Positions 40,701-55,300 of a stretch of 64,000 bases of DNA are shown here, one piece after another. Each line of letters starts with the position of its first letter. Positions within the stretch are counted from its first letter, which is position 1. Under the pieces are notes generated by a model. It was not told the DNA's origin and did no database searches. It was given only the letters and a program-made list of their open reading frames with translations. Position numbers and translations under genes: made by a program. Source of the stretch: Eledone cirrhosa (lineage: Eukaryota); NCBI GenBank assembly GCA_964016885.1, contig OZ024750.1, positions 29,140,001 through 29,204,000 on the forward strand. Direction: 5' to 3'.

Positions 40701-43700
40701 GAATTTTTTATGAATTGCTTCCCTTGACACCACATTATGTATTAAGGGGAGATCACTATTGGCGACATAATGTACATAGAGTGTGCTGAAGGTTAACAGC
40801 ACCCCAGGACATTAACAATACCCCCAGGTCATTAACAACACCCCTATGGCATTAACAGAAACCTCAGGACATTATTACCTCTAGGATATTAACAGTACCA
40901 TCTGCTAGAAATAGCAGCTAAATCTCTTTCAAATTCCACCCAACCGTCTAAAAATAGATATTGGCTACTGTAGTTCTAGTTAGATTGTGTATGAAAGAAA
41001 AGATGGGGTGGCCACTGTTGGAATGTCTAATCCCAGGTCTCCTAAATCAAGGTTAAATATAAAAAACACCATATTTTTATCTTTATCTAATTCTGTTTCT
41101 TAACTTATTACAATCTATTCTAAACACTACCAAGATGCCCTAAATCTCTATTCTAAACACTACAAGATGCCCTAAATCTCTATTCTAAACGCTACCAAAA
41201 TGTCCTAAAGAATATTCTGAACCAGACAAGATGTGACACAAACAAACTAACAAAACATTCTACATCAAAGTCTGCCTGGTAGAGACATGTCTTATAACAG
41301 CTTGGAGGGAATAGAGCAAAAAAACCTTTTAATATCAAACTTTCTGAAATTATTCCTAGTTCTATGATACAAAACTATTTATTTTAAAGTCTCGAGACCA
41401 AAACCACCTTTAATTATTCCTAGTTCTATGATGCAAAACCATTTATTTTAAAGTCTCGAGACCCAAACCACCTTTAATTGTTCCTGGTTCTATGATACAA
41501 AACCATTTATTTAAAAGTTCTTATGTTCATCTAAAAACTTTCCATCATAATTTTATGCAAAAAAACTTTTTTAAGTTATGTTCCAAACCCTAGCTTAATT
41601 TTGAGAAAGATATATTACAAAATTCCTCCAAAATCTTGATTATTTTCAAAATTAAATTAGAAATCAGCAGCGTCTTTCAATGGAAATCTGGTAATGAAAA
41701 GATTAACTTAATGAGTAATTGGGACACCACTAAAGGTTTAGTCCTTATGTTCCGACAACAGAAACGAAATACAAGAATTGTATCTCATCACCTTGTCCAG
41801 TTTCACAGGAGGATTTGAACCGAGTATTGTGAAGTAACAAAACACTTGTGTATAATACAGTGCTCCTTCTGCTTACAATGGTGAGATGTATCTACTAATG
41901 GTATAAATTATTTACAATTAGGTAGACTGAATCAGTGAGTGTTAAGTATAGAGACAACTGTCGACAGCTCACCATCAGTTATAGCTGAGGTTCTCAAACT
42001 TCTTGGGTCACGTAGTACCCCCCCCCCCCAACCTATTTCCAGAGAGACTTGCCTACATGCAAATTGTAAATATATAATAAATAAAATCGTTTATATATAA
42101 TAAATAATATATATACTATGTATAAACAAATATTACATAATTTTTATTTTACTATATTTATATATAATGAAGGTGCATGGTTTAGTGGTTAGAGCATTGG
42201 GCTTGCAATCAAAAGTTTGTGAGTTCAATTCTCGTACCAGGTGATGTGTTGTTTCCTTGAGCAAAACCCTTTATTTCACATTGCTCCAGTTTACTCAGCT
42301 GTAGAAATGAGATGACAGGACTGAGGTCCCTATCATTCCACTGCAAAGTGGTCATGGAGGTGCCACGGCAATAAAGCACCCAGCCCACACTGTAAAGTAG
42401 ACGTGGAGGTGACACGGAAAAAAAAAAGCACCCAGCACTCACTGTAAAATGAGGTTGGTGTTAGGAAGGGCATCCAGCTGTAGAAATCAAGCCAGAATCA
42501 GTTCCCGTATGAGCAAGACAAGGTCAGCCGACCGGACACTGCCCACAACAGGACAACCTGTCTAACCCATGCTAGCGTGGAAGAATGGACGTAATACGGT
42601 GGTGATGATGACGGTGATGATATATATGTATCATTTGATATTTAATATACTATTATATCATCTCTACCAAGTCCCTCACCACCATCTTAGGCCTCAGTGC
42701 CCATGGACCTCCTCAACACCCCCACCCCCCGAAAGTCAGTAGCACTTACTTTGAGAAGCTTCGAGTTATAGGATACAAACCAACATTTTGACTGATTAAC
42801 CTAAATTAAAGTCACACTTACTCGGTCAACTGTGACAGGTAGTACATAACATACAAGTAGCTATGTAGGAGGTGGACAATGCAAGTATATTGGGGGGAGA
42901 GAGAAAATGTTATCAAGTGTAGGAAGTAGACAACATAGAGAGGAAGAAGTTAGTGGTTATGTTGTATGTGGACTAAATATCACTCACCTGATCACCCAGT
43001 TAGTGTTCTCTATCATCTGTTAATAATTATAGTAAGTACTAACATTTTATAAATCAACACCAACAATCTCAGTTACAGGTAAAGTTGGTAATATTATACT
43101 AAGAGGGGTTTTTTTTTTTCATGGGGAAACAACAATATAGACATTAACAAAATATCGAGAGTCTGGCCACCCACTACTGCATTTAAAAAAAAATATTTAA
43201 AAAAAAAATATATATATATATTTTTTTTTTTTTTTTCAAATAAATTAATAAGTACAAAAATAAAATAAAAATCAAAGAAATTGGGATTTTTAGCTTTTAT
43301 GCATTTCACATAATATTGAAAAAATAAAACCCAAACAATCTGTTTCATGCAAAATTATATTTAACACTGCTCTGCAAATGAAAGATTAAGGCCAAAGCTG
43401 TTAGGTTCTAAAGTAGAAGGAAATAAAAGGGAAATCAAATTTGTTGATACTTAAACTGCTTTGGAGAAGAATTCATTTCAGTTATTCTATTAAACACAGA
43501 CACATCAAAGGATTGACAAGGTTGGATGACTTTTGATAAAATGGATGCCTATATATTCATGCAATGAACTGAGTATATGTTTAGTAGGCAAATTATTTCT
43601 GTTATACAGCAGAAATCAGTTGATAGTCCCCAAAACAAAATATATATACTTTTGTATGTGTAAATCTAAAAATATTTTTAATATATCATTTTAAAAAAAT

Positions 43701-46700
43701 TGAACAAAAAAAATGTTATTTTAGAGTTTGATATATTATTTCTGTCAGTGAATAATGTAACATACACCTCAGGAATAGGAATCGGGAAGAATTAAAATAG
43801 GGTAAAATCTTTGATTATATATTTTTCTTTTGTGAGTGAGCTTTTTCTGAGGCTGCTTAACCTGGTGAGAGCTTTTTCTGAGGCTGCTCAACCTGGTGAG
43901 AGCTTCTGTGCAGCTGCTCAACCTGGTGAGAGCTTCTCTGCAGCTGCTCAACCTGGTGAGAGCTCTGTAGCTGTTCAACCTGCTTAACATTTCCTTAAAA
44001 CTCTTTACATATTTAAAATGAGGATCTACCTAATACTAAGTTACTAAACTTTAAGAAAATATAACCTGCAAAAACAGGATTTCCAAGATTAACCTATTTG
44101 ATATATAAACTGCTTGAAACCACCTTTGGTCCTGTGATGTGAAGTCATTTATTTTAAAGTGTTTATACTTATCTGAAAACCTACCATAAATTTATGTAAG
44201 AACTTTTAAGTAATGTTTCAAACACCAGCTTAATAATAAAAGAGTTAACCATATTAATAAATCCTCATCATTTAATGTCTGCTTTTACTGTTAGCAAAGG
44301 TTAGACTAGTTGTCACAGACAGAGTCAGTACCGAGACACGTCTTCACAGATAGAGTCAGTACCGAGACACGTCTTCACAGACAGAGTCAGTACCGAGACA
44401 CATCTTCACAGACAGAGTCAGTACCGAGACACGTCTTCACAGACAGAGTCAGTACCGAGACACGTCTTCACAAACCGAGTCAGTACCGAGACACGTCTTC
44501 ACAAGCCGAGTCAAGGCTGAGACACATCTTCACAAACCGAGTCAGTACCGAGACATCTTCACAAACTGAGTCAGTACTGAGACATCTTCACAAACTGAGT
44601 CAGTACTGAGACATCTTCACAAACTGAGTCAGTACTGAGACACATCTTCACAAACCGAGTCAGTACTGACACATCTTCACAAACCGAGTCAGTACTGAGA
44701 CACATCTTCACAAACCGAGTTAGTACTGAGACATCTTCACAAACCGAGTCAGTACCGAGACACATCTTCACAAACCGAGTCAGTACCGAGACATCTTCAC
44801 AAACCGAGTCAGTACCGAGACACATCTTCACAAACCGAGTCAGTACCGAGAGACATCTTCACAAACCGAGTCAGTACCGAGACATCTTCACAAACCGAGT
44901 CAGTACTGAGACACATCTTCACAAACCGAGTCAGTACCGAGACACATCTTCACAAACCGAGTCAGTACTGAGACACATCTTCACAAACCGAGTCAGTACT
45001 GAGACATATCTTCACAAACCGAGTCAGTACTGAGACATATCTTCACAAACCGAGTCAGTACTGAGACACATCTTCACAAACCGAGTCAAGACTGAGACAG
45101 GTCTTCACAAACCGAGTCAAGACTGAGACAGGTCTTCACAGACCGAGTCAAGACTGAGACAGGTCTTCACAGACCGAGTCAGAACTGAGACAGGTCTTCA
45201 CAGACCAAGTCAGTATTGAGGTGGATCTACTGACCTTCCAGACAGACCAGGAGTTCACATCTCGTTTACTAGATTATTTTCAAAAGGATTTGAAAATCAT
45301 AGGCAGTATTTTTCGTCAGAAATATGATAACGAAGAGGTTTAAAATGCTGATTGAAACTTCAGTATATCTATAATACAGAAATAGCTGATGAACTGAAGT
45401 AGAGCTGAGTTGAAACTACATAACAGCAACAACCATTAGTTGTATATTTATATACAGCTCTCGACCCTTGTATCATTATGTAAATCTTGTTATGTCTGGT
45501 ATAATCTTGTTTACATAGTTTAAGTAGTTTTTAACATTTTGGAAGGCAGAGGTAAGGAATCCCTGATGAGTCTTTAATGAAAGCTGAAACTAGTCATTTT
45601 GATCTTCATTTCAAGCTGCCAAAAATCCCCTGTATTTTAACTACATTTTAACTACTTTCATAAGCAGACTAAATATATGTTTATTAAAGATATGGTTATG
45701 CCTACGTGCATGTGTGTATGTATGAATGTATATACACACACATACACATATATATGTATATATACACATATATACATATAAAGGATATGCGTATATATTA
45801 TATATACACAAGTTAAAGACAGTTAACAAAGCACTAATAATTCAAATGTTAGCAATTTTAAAAGGTTAAATCATGCATTAAATGTTTTGTTAGTAAACTA
45901 ATTAGAAAAATATGAAATCATGAAAATAATTCTTATGATGACATACCATCCAAAAACCTTGATTCCTGTAATTATATGTTCATGCTGGAGATCCAGCACT
46001 GTCCAAGCCTGTTGGATCGAAGGAATTACCCAAAAGCTACAGTTGTCATCTAAACAAAGAGAAAAGATAAGTAAAGTGTAGAAAATTGTGTTTTATTAGA
46101 AATCTAAAAGGATAATAGGATAAAGATCCCATAACTATTTGTGGAGTCATAGAGGCACAGCCATACGGTGTGTCTAAGGCACTTTTAAACCGGCCAAAAT
46201 TCTCTACTTCTTTCTGTTGAAACTGGCTGTAACTGGTCACTCAAACATTTTAAGGTATTGTTCTCAAAATAAATGCTTTCAAAATCTCAGATTCGTTATT
46301 ATGTGAGATAAAGCATTTACCATGAAAATATAATAGTATATGTAGAGTAATGTGAATGCTAAAGGGTTAAACCTGACGGAGCCCAGCCCTCTCCAGGTCT
46401 GAACACAGCTGATTTTTTTCTATGGAGGAAGAATTGACCAAGGCAGGACTCGGAGTGCGCAATGAGGTGAGACGAATACCGGAAAACATTATATCCAACG
46501 CCTTAATGACTGCCAATTCGCCGCCTTATAAGAAATCTACAGCAATATAAATGTGACATTAAATATAAAAAATAATAAAGATATGAAAGGATTTGGAGTG
46601 TTGATTGTGTAAATATTTTGTAAAATTGTAGGAATCTCAAACACAGAAATAGCTGCTACAATGATTATAGCAAAGAGTCAGGTTAAACAAAATCTCTTAA

Positions 46701-49700
46701 CCCTTTACCATTTACATTACTCTATATTTACAATTACATTTTCATGGTAAAGACTTTACCTCATAATATCAAATCTTCGAGATTTTGATATTATTTATTT
46801 TGAGAACAATACCTTATCAGTATGAGCAGCCAGTTACAGCCAGTTTGAACAGAAAGGGGTGAAAAAATTCTGGCCGGATACAGCCGGTTTAAATATAAAA
46901 AAAAGTAATAAAGATATGAAAGGATTTAGAGTGTTGAGTGTGTAAATATTTCATAAAACCGTAGGAATCTCAAACACTGAAATAGCTGTGAAACAGCCAG
47001 CTGCTATGATGATTATGGCACAAGGCCAGCAATTATCCCAGTGCAGTGTATTACCGGTACCTTATTTTATCGACCCCGTAAGGATGAAAGGCAAAGTTAA
47101 CCTCGACGGGATTTGAACCCAGACCATAAAGGGACGTAACTATGCTAGAAAGCATGGCGTCCAACCCTCTACCGATACTACTAATTCACTAATTCAGAAA
47201 TAATAAGGACTATTAAACAATTCCAAGACAACATTCCAACATCTTTATCATATTTAACATTTAATGTCCCATTTGAATTGATGTAGTCTTAATAAAATAG
47301 CACTATTTTCTACACTATTTAAATTGTTCCTAGGATATCAATCAGAGAGCGAGAGAAAGAGAGAGCGAGGCGAAATGCTGTACTTACTATCTAATATGTT
47401 AGTGTTTGGACTCATTGCAGTACAACAACTACAATAACTTGGAGAATTTTCTGTCCATTTCATATTATTTTCAAGTTCTGGATATTCTAGCAGAAACAAA
47501 AACAAAAAAAAATAGATTTAAAAAATATCAAAGATTATATCATCATCGTTTTTACATCCACATATTCACACTTACATGGGTTGGACGGGTCCTTCTCAGC
47601 ACGGCATGATATTCTGAACATTTCAACACACACGCACACACAGTATGGCATGGTCCCATAACTCCTGATAGAGTCGTAGGGGTGCCGTATTGACATACAG
47701 TGTTTCTTGGGTATTTTAAGCCTGGTGGAGCCCCCATCCCTTCTCCAGGCCTGAGTACAGCAGATTTCTTCCAGAGAGAGGAAGAATCAATCCCAGTACT
47801 AGACTGATTCTTTTTTTTTTATCGACCTCAAAAGGGTGAAAGGTAAAGTTGACCTCAGCGGGATTTGAACTCAAAGAACCAGAACGAATACTATACAGCA
47901 TTGTATCCGACGTTCTAACGACTGCCAATTTTTCGCATATATATATATATATATACGCACACACACAAACATACATCCTTATATATATATTCACACACAG
48001 AGGAACATACACACATTCAGTTAAAACATACATATGTATATAACACACATTAACATTTTTCTAACCCTTAATGTAATTCTCAGGAAGATTCAGCATGACG
48101 CATGTTGTAACAAGTCTGCTGGCCTTCCCTTTGATTTGTAGATATGTATGAACTATTAACTTTTCTGTCCACCATGGGTCCACTAATGACCATGGAATTT
48201 GCATCTAGAAAGTTCCCCTCCGAGCACAAGTCCCAGCAAGGTTATTTGTGGAAGACCAGCAGTTGCCCATACATAGCAGCCTCCCCTCTCCACACCAATG
48301 GAAAGGCAATGACCGATACAGTTTAGCACCAGTGACGTCGCAACTCATTTCTACAGCTAATAACAAAGTAAATAAAATGAAATATTTCAGAAATATAACA
48401 AATCAAACCAAAAATCTAGCAAGACTTACTTTTGATATAAGATTTTTTCCGTCGTTCTACAAAAGAGCTATTAAACTGTACATGAGCTCGTCTTAATTCT
48501 CCTGTGCTGTATTCTGAAACAGTAATTGCATTGAGTATTAAATGTTAGTTGTATTAAATGTTAGTTTTATTAACCATCAGTATCTATATCCCTATGTGTG
48601 TATAAGTATGCACGTAAGTATGCACACGAGTGTGTATATCGGCATGCACCTACGTAAGCGCGCATATATGTAAGCGCGCATATATGTAAGCGTGTATATA
48701 TGTAAGCGTGTATATATGTAAGCGTGTATATATGTAAGCATGTATATATGTAAGCATGTATATATGTAAGCATGTATATATGTAAGCATGTATATATGTA
48801 AGCATGTATATATGTAAGTGTGTATATATGTAAGTGTGTATATATGTAAGTGTGTATATATGTAAGTGTGTATAGTCCAATAACTCCTGGATGGTATATC
48901 TATTCAAAGCTGTATTGACCAGATACCTTTTCTGACATCAACCCTTTTAATCCTCTCTTACGACATGCAGGGATAAGGTTTATTGATCTAGATACCCTTT
49001 CTAACACCAACCCTTTTAGTCATCCCTTATGATATGACATGTCTATCCTAAACATTATATACACAGATTTTGCTTATGACATACAGGGATATGATGTGTC
49101 TATCCTAAACAATATATACACAACTTTTACTTATGACATAGGGATATGATGTGTCTATCCTAAACAATATATACACAACTTTTACTTATGACATAGGGAT
49201 ATGATGTGTCTATCCTAAACAATATATACACAACTTTTACTTATGACAGGGATATGATGTGTCTATCCTAAACAATATATGTACATAGCTTTTACTTACC
49301 ATCAAATAATCGCTGAAATTCATTTGGCCTATCTCTTGGCAAGTCTTTCACCATTTTTAAAGGGGTCTGAAATAAAATTAAAAAAAATAATAAAAATCAC
49401 TTTAAAGGCAATTTCTCTGTTAATGAAATTATTGATTTCTATCTATATTAATGACAAAATTTGACAAAATGAATGAATGAATGAATGAGCGAGTGAGTGA
49501 GTGAATATATATAATCATCATCATCATCATATTTTATGTCCGCTTTTTCCCTGCTTGCAAAGGTGGGACGGGAACTGATTCTGGCTTGATTTCTACAGCT
49601 GGATGCCCTTCCTAACACCAACCTCATTTACAGTGAGTGCTGGGTGCTTTTTTGCCATGGCACCTCCACGACCACTTTGCAGTGGAATGATAGGGACCCC

Positions 49701-50745
49701 AGTCCCTATCATCTCATTTCTACAGCTGAGTAAACTGGAGCAATGTGAAATAAAGTGTCTTGCTCAAGGAAGCAACACACTCGGTCTGAGAATTGAACTC
49801 ACAACCTTTCGATTGCAAGGCCAATGCTCTAACCACTAAGCCATATGCCTCCATGTAATTGTTTCTACTTTAGGCACAAGGCCAGCAATTACCAGTGCAT
49901 TACTGGTACTTTATTTTATCGATCCCGTAAGGATTATTTTATCGACCCCGTAATGTAAATGCTAAAGGCTTAACAGGGCTAGCAGGGACGACAAAGAGAG
50001 GGAAGAAAGTGAGAAGGTAATATGAAAAATCCCAAGACTTACATATATATATATATATAGAGAGAGAGAGACACACACATTTATACACATACAACTCCTC
50101 CCCACTTGTACAAATATAATTTAACTTTTTGGTCTTTGTAAAAACTCTTAGACTGCAAATATTAAGCCTTGATAAGAAACCAAGAGAAACTGCCCCAGGT
50201 TCTATGACAGAACATTTTATTTTAAAGCATTTATATATATCTAAAATATTCCATCATAATTGTTTCTACTTTTGGCACAAGGCCAGCAATTATCCCAGTG
50301 TATTACTGGTACTTTATTTCATCGACCCTGTAAGGATAAAAGACAAAGTTGACTGTGGCAAGATTTGATCTCAGGACACAGAGAGCTGGAACAAACAAAT
50401 ACCACAAAAGATTTTGCCCGACGCTCTATCGATTCTGCCACATTGGTGTAACTAAATTGCTTCTATCTTTGGCACAAGGCCAGCAATTTTGGAGGGAGGG
50501 GAAAATTATTTATATTGACTCCAGTACATTACTGGTACTTTATCGACCCCGTAAGGAGGAAAGACAAAGCTAACTTTAGAGGGATTTGAACTCTCAATGT
50601 AAAGGGCCATAACTATGCTGCAAAGCATGGTGTCTGATGCTCTACTGATACTGCCAATCCACCGACCTGAAACTAAATAATGCAAGACATTTTGCCAGAC
50701 ACTCAAACTATTTAACCAATACTCTGCTCCAAAGAATAATATTTT

Positions 50746-50827
<82 letters not shown>

Positions 50828-52352
50828 TTTAGTGAGGAATTCCAGATACAAGTAGGAGTACATCAAGGTTCGGTCCTCAGCCCGCTCTTGTTCATTATAG
50901 TCCTCCAAGCCATAACAGCGGCGTTTAAGACTGGCTGTCCATGGGAACTTCTCTATGCTGACGATCTGGTTCTTATAGCAGAATCAGTAGAGGAGTTAGA
51001 GAATACATTCTGGCTATGGAAACAGCAGTTGGGAGCAAGAGGACTGAGAGTGAACCTAGCTAAGACAAAAGTGTTGATCAGTACAAAAGAGGACAAAACT
51101 GATTCCGTCAGGTAAATGGCCATGTTCGATATGCAGAAAAGGAACTGGCATAAATTCTATAAAATGCACACAATGCAGATCCTGGGTACACAAGAGATGT
51201 AGTGGGATAGCAGGCAAACTAACAGGTAGGGAGAAATATGTATGTAGTAGATGTACAGGGAAATTAGACAGTAGAAGTCGCATTGATAGACATTTTTCAA
51301 ATGCAGGAGGGTGCTATAGAAGTGGTGGATAGCTTCCGGTACCTAGGAGATCAGATTAGCATGGGAGGAGGGTGTTCCGAGGCCCTAGTATCTAGAATAA
51401 GGACGGGTTGGAAGAAGTTTAGGGAGCTGCTTCCTCTGCTGACGAAGAAGGGTTTCTCCCTGTGTACGAAAGGCCGGTTGTATGATGCCTATGTGAGGAG
51501 CACGATGCTGCATGGTAGTGAGACATGGGCAGCAACTGCAGAGGATATGTGACGGCTGGAGAGAAATGAGGCAAGCATGCTCCGTTGGATGTGCAGTGTA
51601 AATGTGCGTGAACGACTCAGCATGAATGTGTTGAGAGGGATAGAATGTAGTGTACGGGAGAGGAGACTGAGGTGGTATGGACATGTGATGCGCATGGAGG
51701 ATGACCGATGGGTGAAGAAGTGCCAGGAAATGCCAGTTGAAGGAGACATGGTAGAGGTAGACCACGAAAAACATGGGCGGAGGTGGTGAGAACAGACCTC
51801 AGATCGTTGAAGCTCACGGTGGAGATGATGAAGGACTGTGACGAGTGGAGAGATGCTGTGCTGAATAAGACCTGTCCCACCCTTGCGAGCAGGGAAGAGC
51901 GGACGTAAAATGATGATGATGATGATGATGATGATTAGAATTTCATGTTCAGATATAAAAACTGTAATGAAGTAGGTGGAGAAGTTATATCAGCTCAAAA
52001 AATGTTTATTATAATAAACTGTACATATAATACTTCCTTAAAATGTTTTTTTTCAAACAAGCATGTGTATGAAATCCTAATGTGTTAAAAATAATTACAC
52101 GTAGAGCAAATTATTCATTAAAATATATTATCAAATACAATTTCACATCAAGCCTTGATTTACAATAGTTTTAACCTCATTAGGACTTATCAAAATCAAT
52201 CATTTTATGAACAATTACCTCAACACGTTCATCTTTTCGAACACACCAAAAATATCGCGGTGAAACTTTGTTTACATTGATTTTGATAAGTCCTAATGAG
52301 GATGAAACAATTGTAATTCAAGATTTGATGTGAAATTGTATTTGGTAATATA

Positions 52353-52393
<41 letters not shown>

Positions 52394-55300
52394 ATAAATT
52401 TGAAGACTAAAATCCATAATATATTTATTTTAATAAATAAATATATATATATTCAAAAGTATTGAAGAAAACTTAATCTGTCATTAAAAAATAGTTTTTA
52501 ATCCCTTACACATTTCAAATGAACTGTGACCGACTCATTCAAATGATGTTTGAAAGTTGTTTTTGTTTTTGAAAAACTTAAATGAGTCTCGAATCTCAAT
52601 TTCCCTCTTCAGAATGATATACAAAATCTATCTTAATGATTAGTCACATAAACCACTTTCTACCTTAAGCATAGGACATCTCAGAATATTGAATATAATA
52701 GGAACTGACAGAAAATAAGCTGAAAAAAAAAAAAAAAAATTTCCCCCTGGGTTTTGTTAAAATTTCGATTGTCTTTTCACATATATATATATATAATATA
52801 TAGCTATTTACCTCCCCTGCTGGATTGACAACATCTGTTTTTGCACCATATTGCAATAATCTTTCAGCTACCTGCAGCCTGTAAAAAATTATGAAAATGA
52901 TTGACAATATCTATAAAAGATAACAAAAAAAAAAACAGGATCTAAAATCAGCTTAGAAAAAATATGAAAGAAGATTTGAGAAGAGTTGAGGAAATCTAAA
53001 ATAGGATAATAGATGTGAAGTAGAAATAGAGAAAATATGGAGAATATGGAGATTAGAGAAGATATGAAATGAAAAGGACCAGAAATATAGACATTAAAAC
53101 ATGGATAGAAACTAGAACAGGGAAATACATAAAATTATAGACAAATATAAAACCAAATAGTAAATAATGGTTTCTGATTTAGGCACAAGGCCAACAATTT
53201 TGAGGGGATGGGAAAGTTGATTAAATCAACACCAGTACATTACTGGTGCTTAATTTATCAACACTACTGATACTGCCAAACCAAACAAACAGTTGACAGG
53301 ATTATTCAGTTGTGTCAAGGACATGACAACCTCTATAGTGTTGGTGATCTACATGATAAATGCAGCCAGTACACACTAACGTGGATGGTGATAAGAAGGG
53401 CATTTAGTTATAGAAGCTTGCCAAACAAAGGGTTGAGAGGACGCTTCAGTTGTGTCAAGGACATGACAGCCTTCTAATTAAGGTAGGACATGACATTGTA
53501 CCTAATTAAGGTAGGACTAATAACAGTTCACCTAATTAAGATAGAACTAATAACATTCCAGCCATCACCATCCTATAGTGTAGTCACTACATTATCCTAG
53601 CCTCCTTCATTGATTTTAAGTGGATTTGACTGCTATTTATAGCAGACTGAGCAACTGTAAAAGGCTTGTAAATTTATCAAATAAATTAAAATTATGGCTG
53701 AATATTTAATAATTGTTTCTACTTTTGGCACAAGGCCAGCAATTACCCCAGTGCATTACTGGTACTTTGCCTTTCATCCTTACAGGGTCGATAAAATAAA
53801 GTCAACCTCGGCGGGATTTGAACTCATAGTATAAAGGGCCATATGTTGCTAAGCATGGCGTCTGATGCTCTACCAATACTGCCAATCCAGTTAACTGCAA
53901 TAATTATTTGATGCAGTATTTATTCTGGCTATTTGTCTTCCGAGTTCAAATCCTACCAAAGTTACTTTGCCTTTCATCCTTCTAGGGTCGATATAATAAA
54001 GTACCAGCCAAGTATTGGGAATGATATAATAAAGTACCAGCCAAGTATTGGGAATGATACAATAAAGTACTAGTCAAGTATTGGGGTTGATTTAATCAAC
54101 TTTTTCTTCCTCTTAATTTGTTGATCTTATGCCTAAATTACTCACCAATAATAATTACTTAAGTTCTGTTAGCAATGAACCCAGTCATGGTTTAGAGCAG
54201 AACCTGTCTAAGGTTAGGGAGAGGATTAAACTTGAGAAAGGTAGAGTCATTTAATTTATTCAAAAGAGAAACTACCATGTAGCAATTGGGTGCATTTAGG
54301 AGTGTTCTAACTATTTGAGTCAGGTCTCTGGTTTAAGGTTACCTTCCTTTGTCCCTCTTACCAGTCTTGGAGGCCATGAAAAGGGTCATCTGGATCAACA
54401 AAATCCCAGACCTCATTCATTTACTGAGTCGAGTAGAACTCATCAGATTTGACCAAGGAAACAATATGTCCATTAGTCTTTCCAATTGCTTATACTATTT
54501 ACCAGTCATAACTCCTGGCAGAAAAATGGTCATAGTCAATACCTTTTCCTCCCTGACTAAACAAAAGATAAAATGAAAGACAAAAGACAAAATGGTCAAT
54601 AAAGAGTTTAATAAAGATGAGGATCCAGCCATATAGATTTCACGAAGCTATCCGTTACATTCTATTCATAATGTGTTGAGAGCAGAAGATAACTAAAGCT
54701 GTTTTGTTAGGATCAGTAAAGCAATTAAACAGCTTGACAGCAATCCAAATTACAACTACCTTTCTACATTCAACAAGACATTCCTATTCTCACTTCATAA
54801 TTTAGAACAAGCTAGGCTAAAATAAATACAGCTAAGCACCTTTTTATTAAAGCAAACATAAAAGCAGGGTGTGAATTTATGGCCAAATGCCCACATTTCT
54901 GGACATTTATCCACTTTATTTCGGCCATTCAGGGAAATCATTACGAAACAATAAAAAAAAATGTAGATTATATTATATTTAATTTGTTTTTTCCTCACCT
55001 GAAAAACCGTATTGCTTCATGCAAAGGTGCAGTTTCCTTTAATTTATTAACAACATTTGGGTTGATGCCATATTTGAGTAACATCTCAACAATAGGGGCA
55101 TACCCTCGTATGGAGGCCTCAACAAGGGCAAGGCTGTTACCTTTTAGTGCTTCTTTATCATGATCAAGGAGGGTGGACACAGCATCTAGAAGTAAATGAT
55201 TAAATCAAATGAAAAATATCCAAATAATTATCATCATCATTGATTTTTCTATGTTGGCATGGGCTGGATGGGGCTTTTTGAGACTAATAGCAACCAAGCC

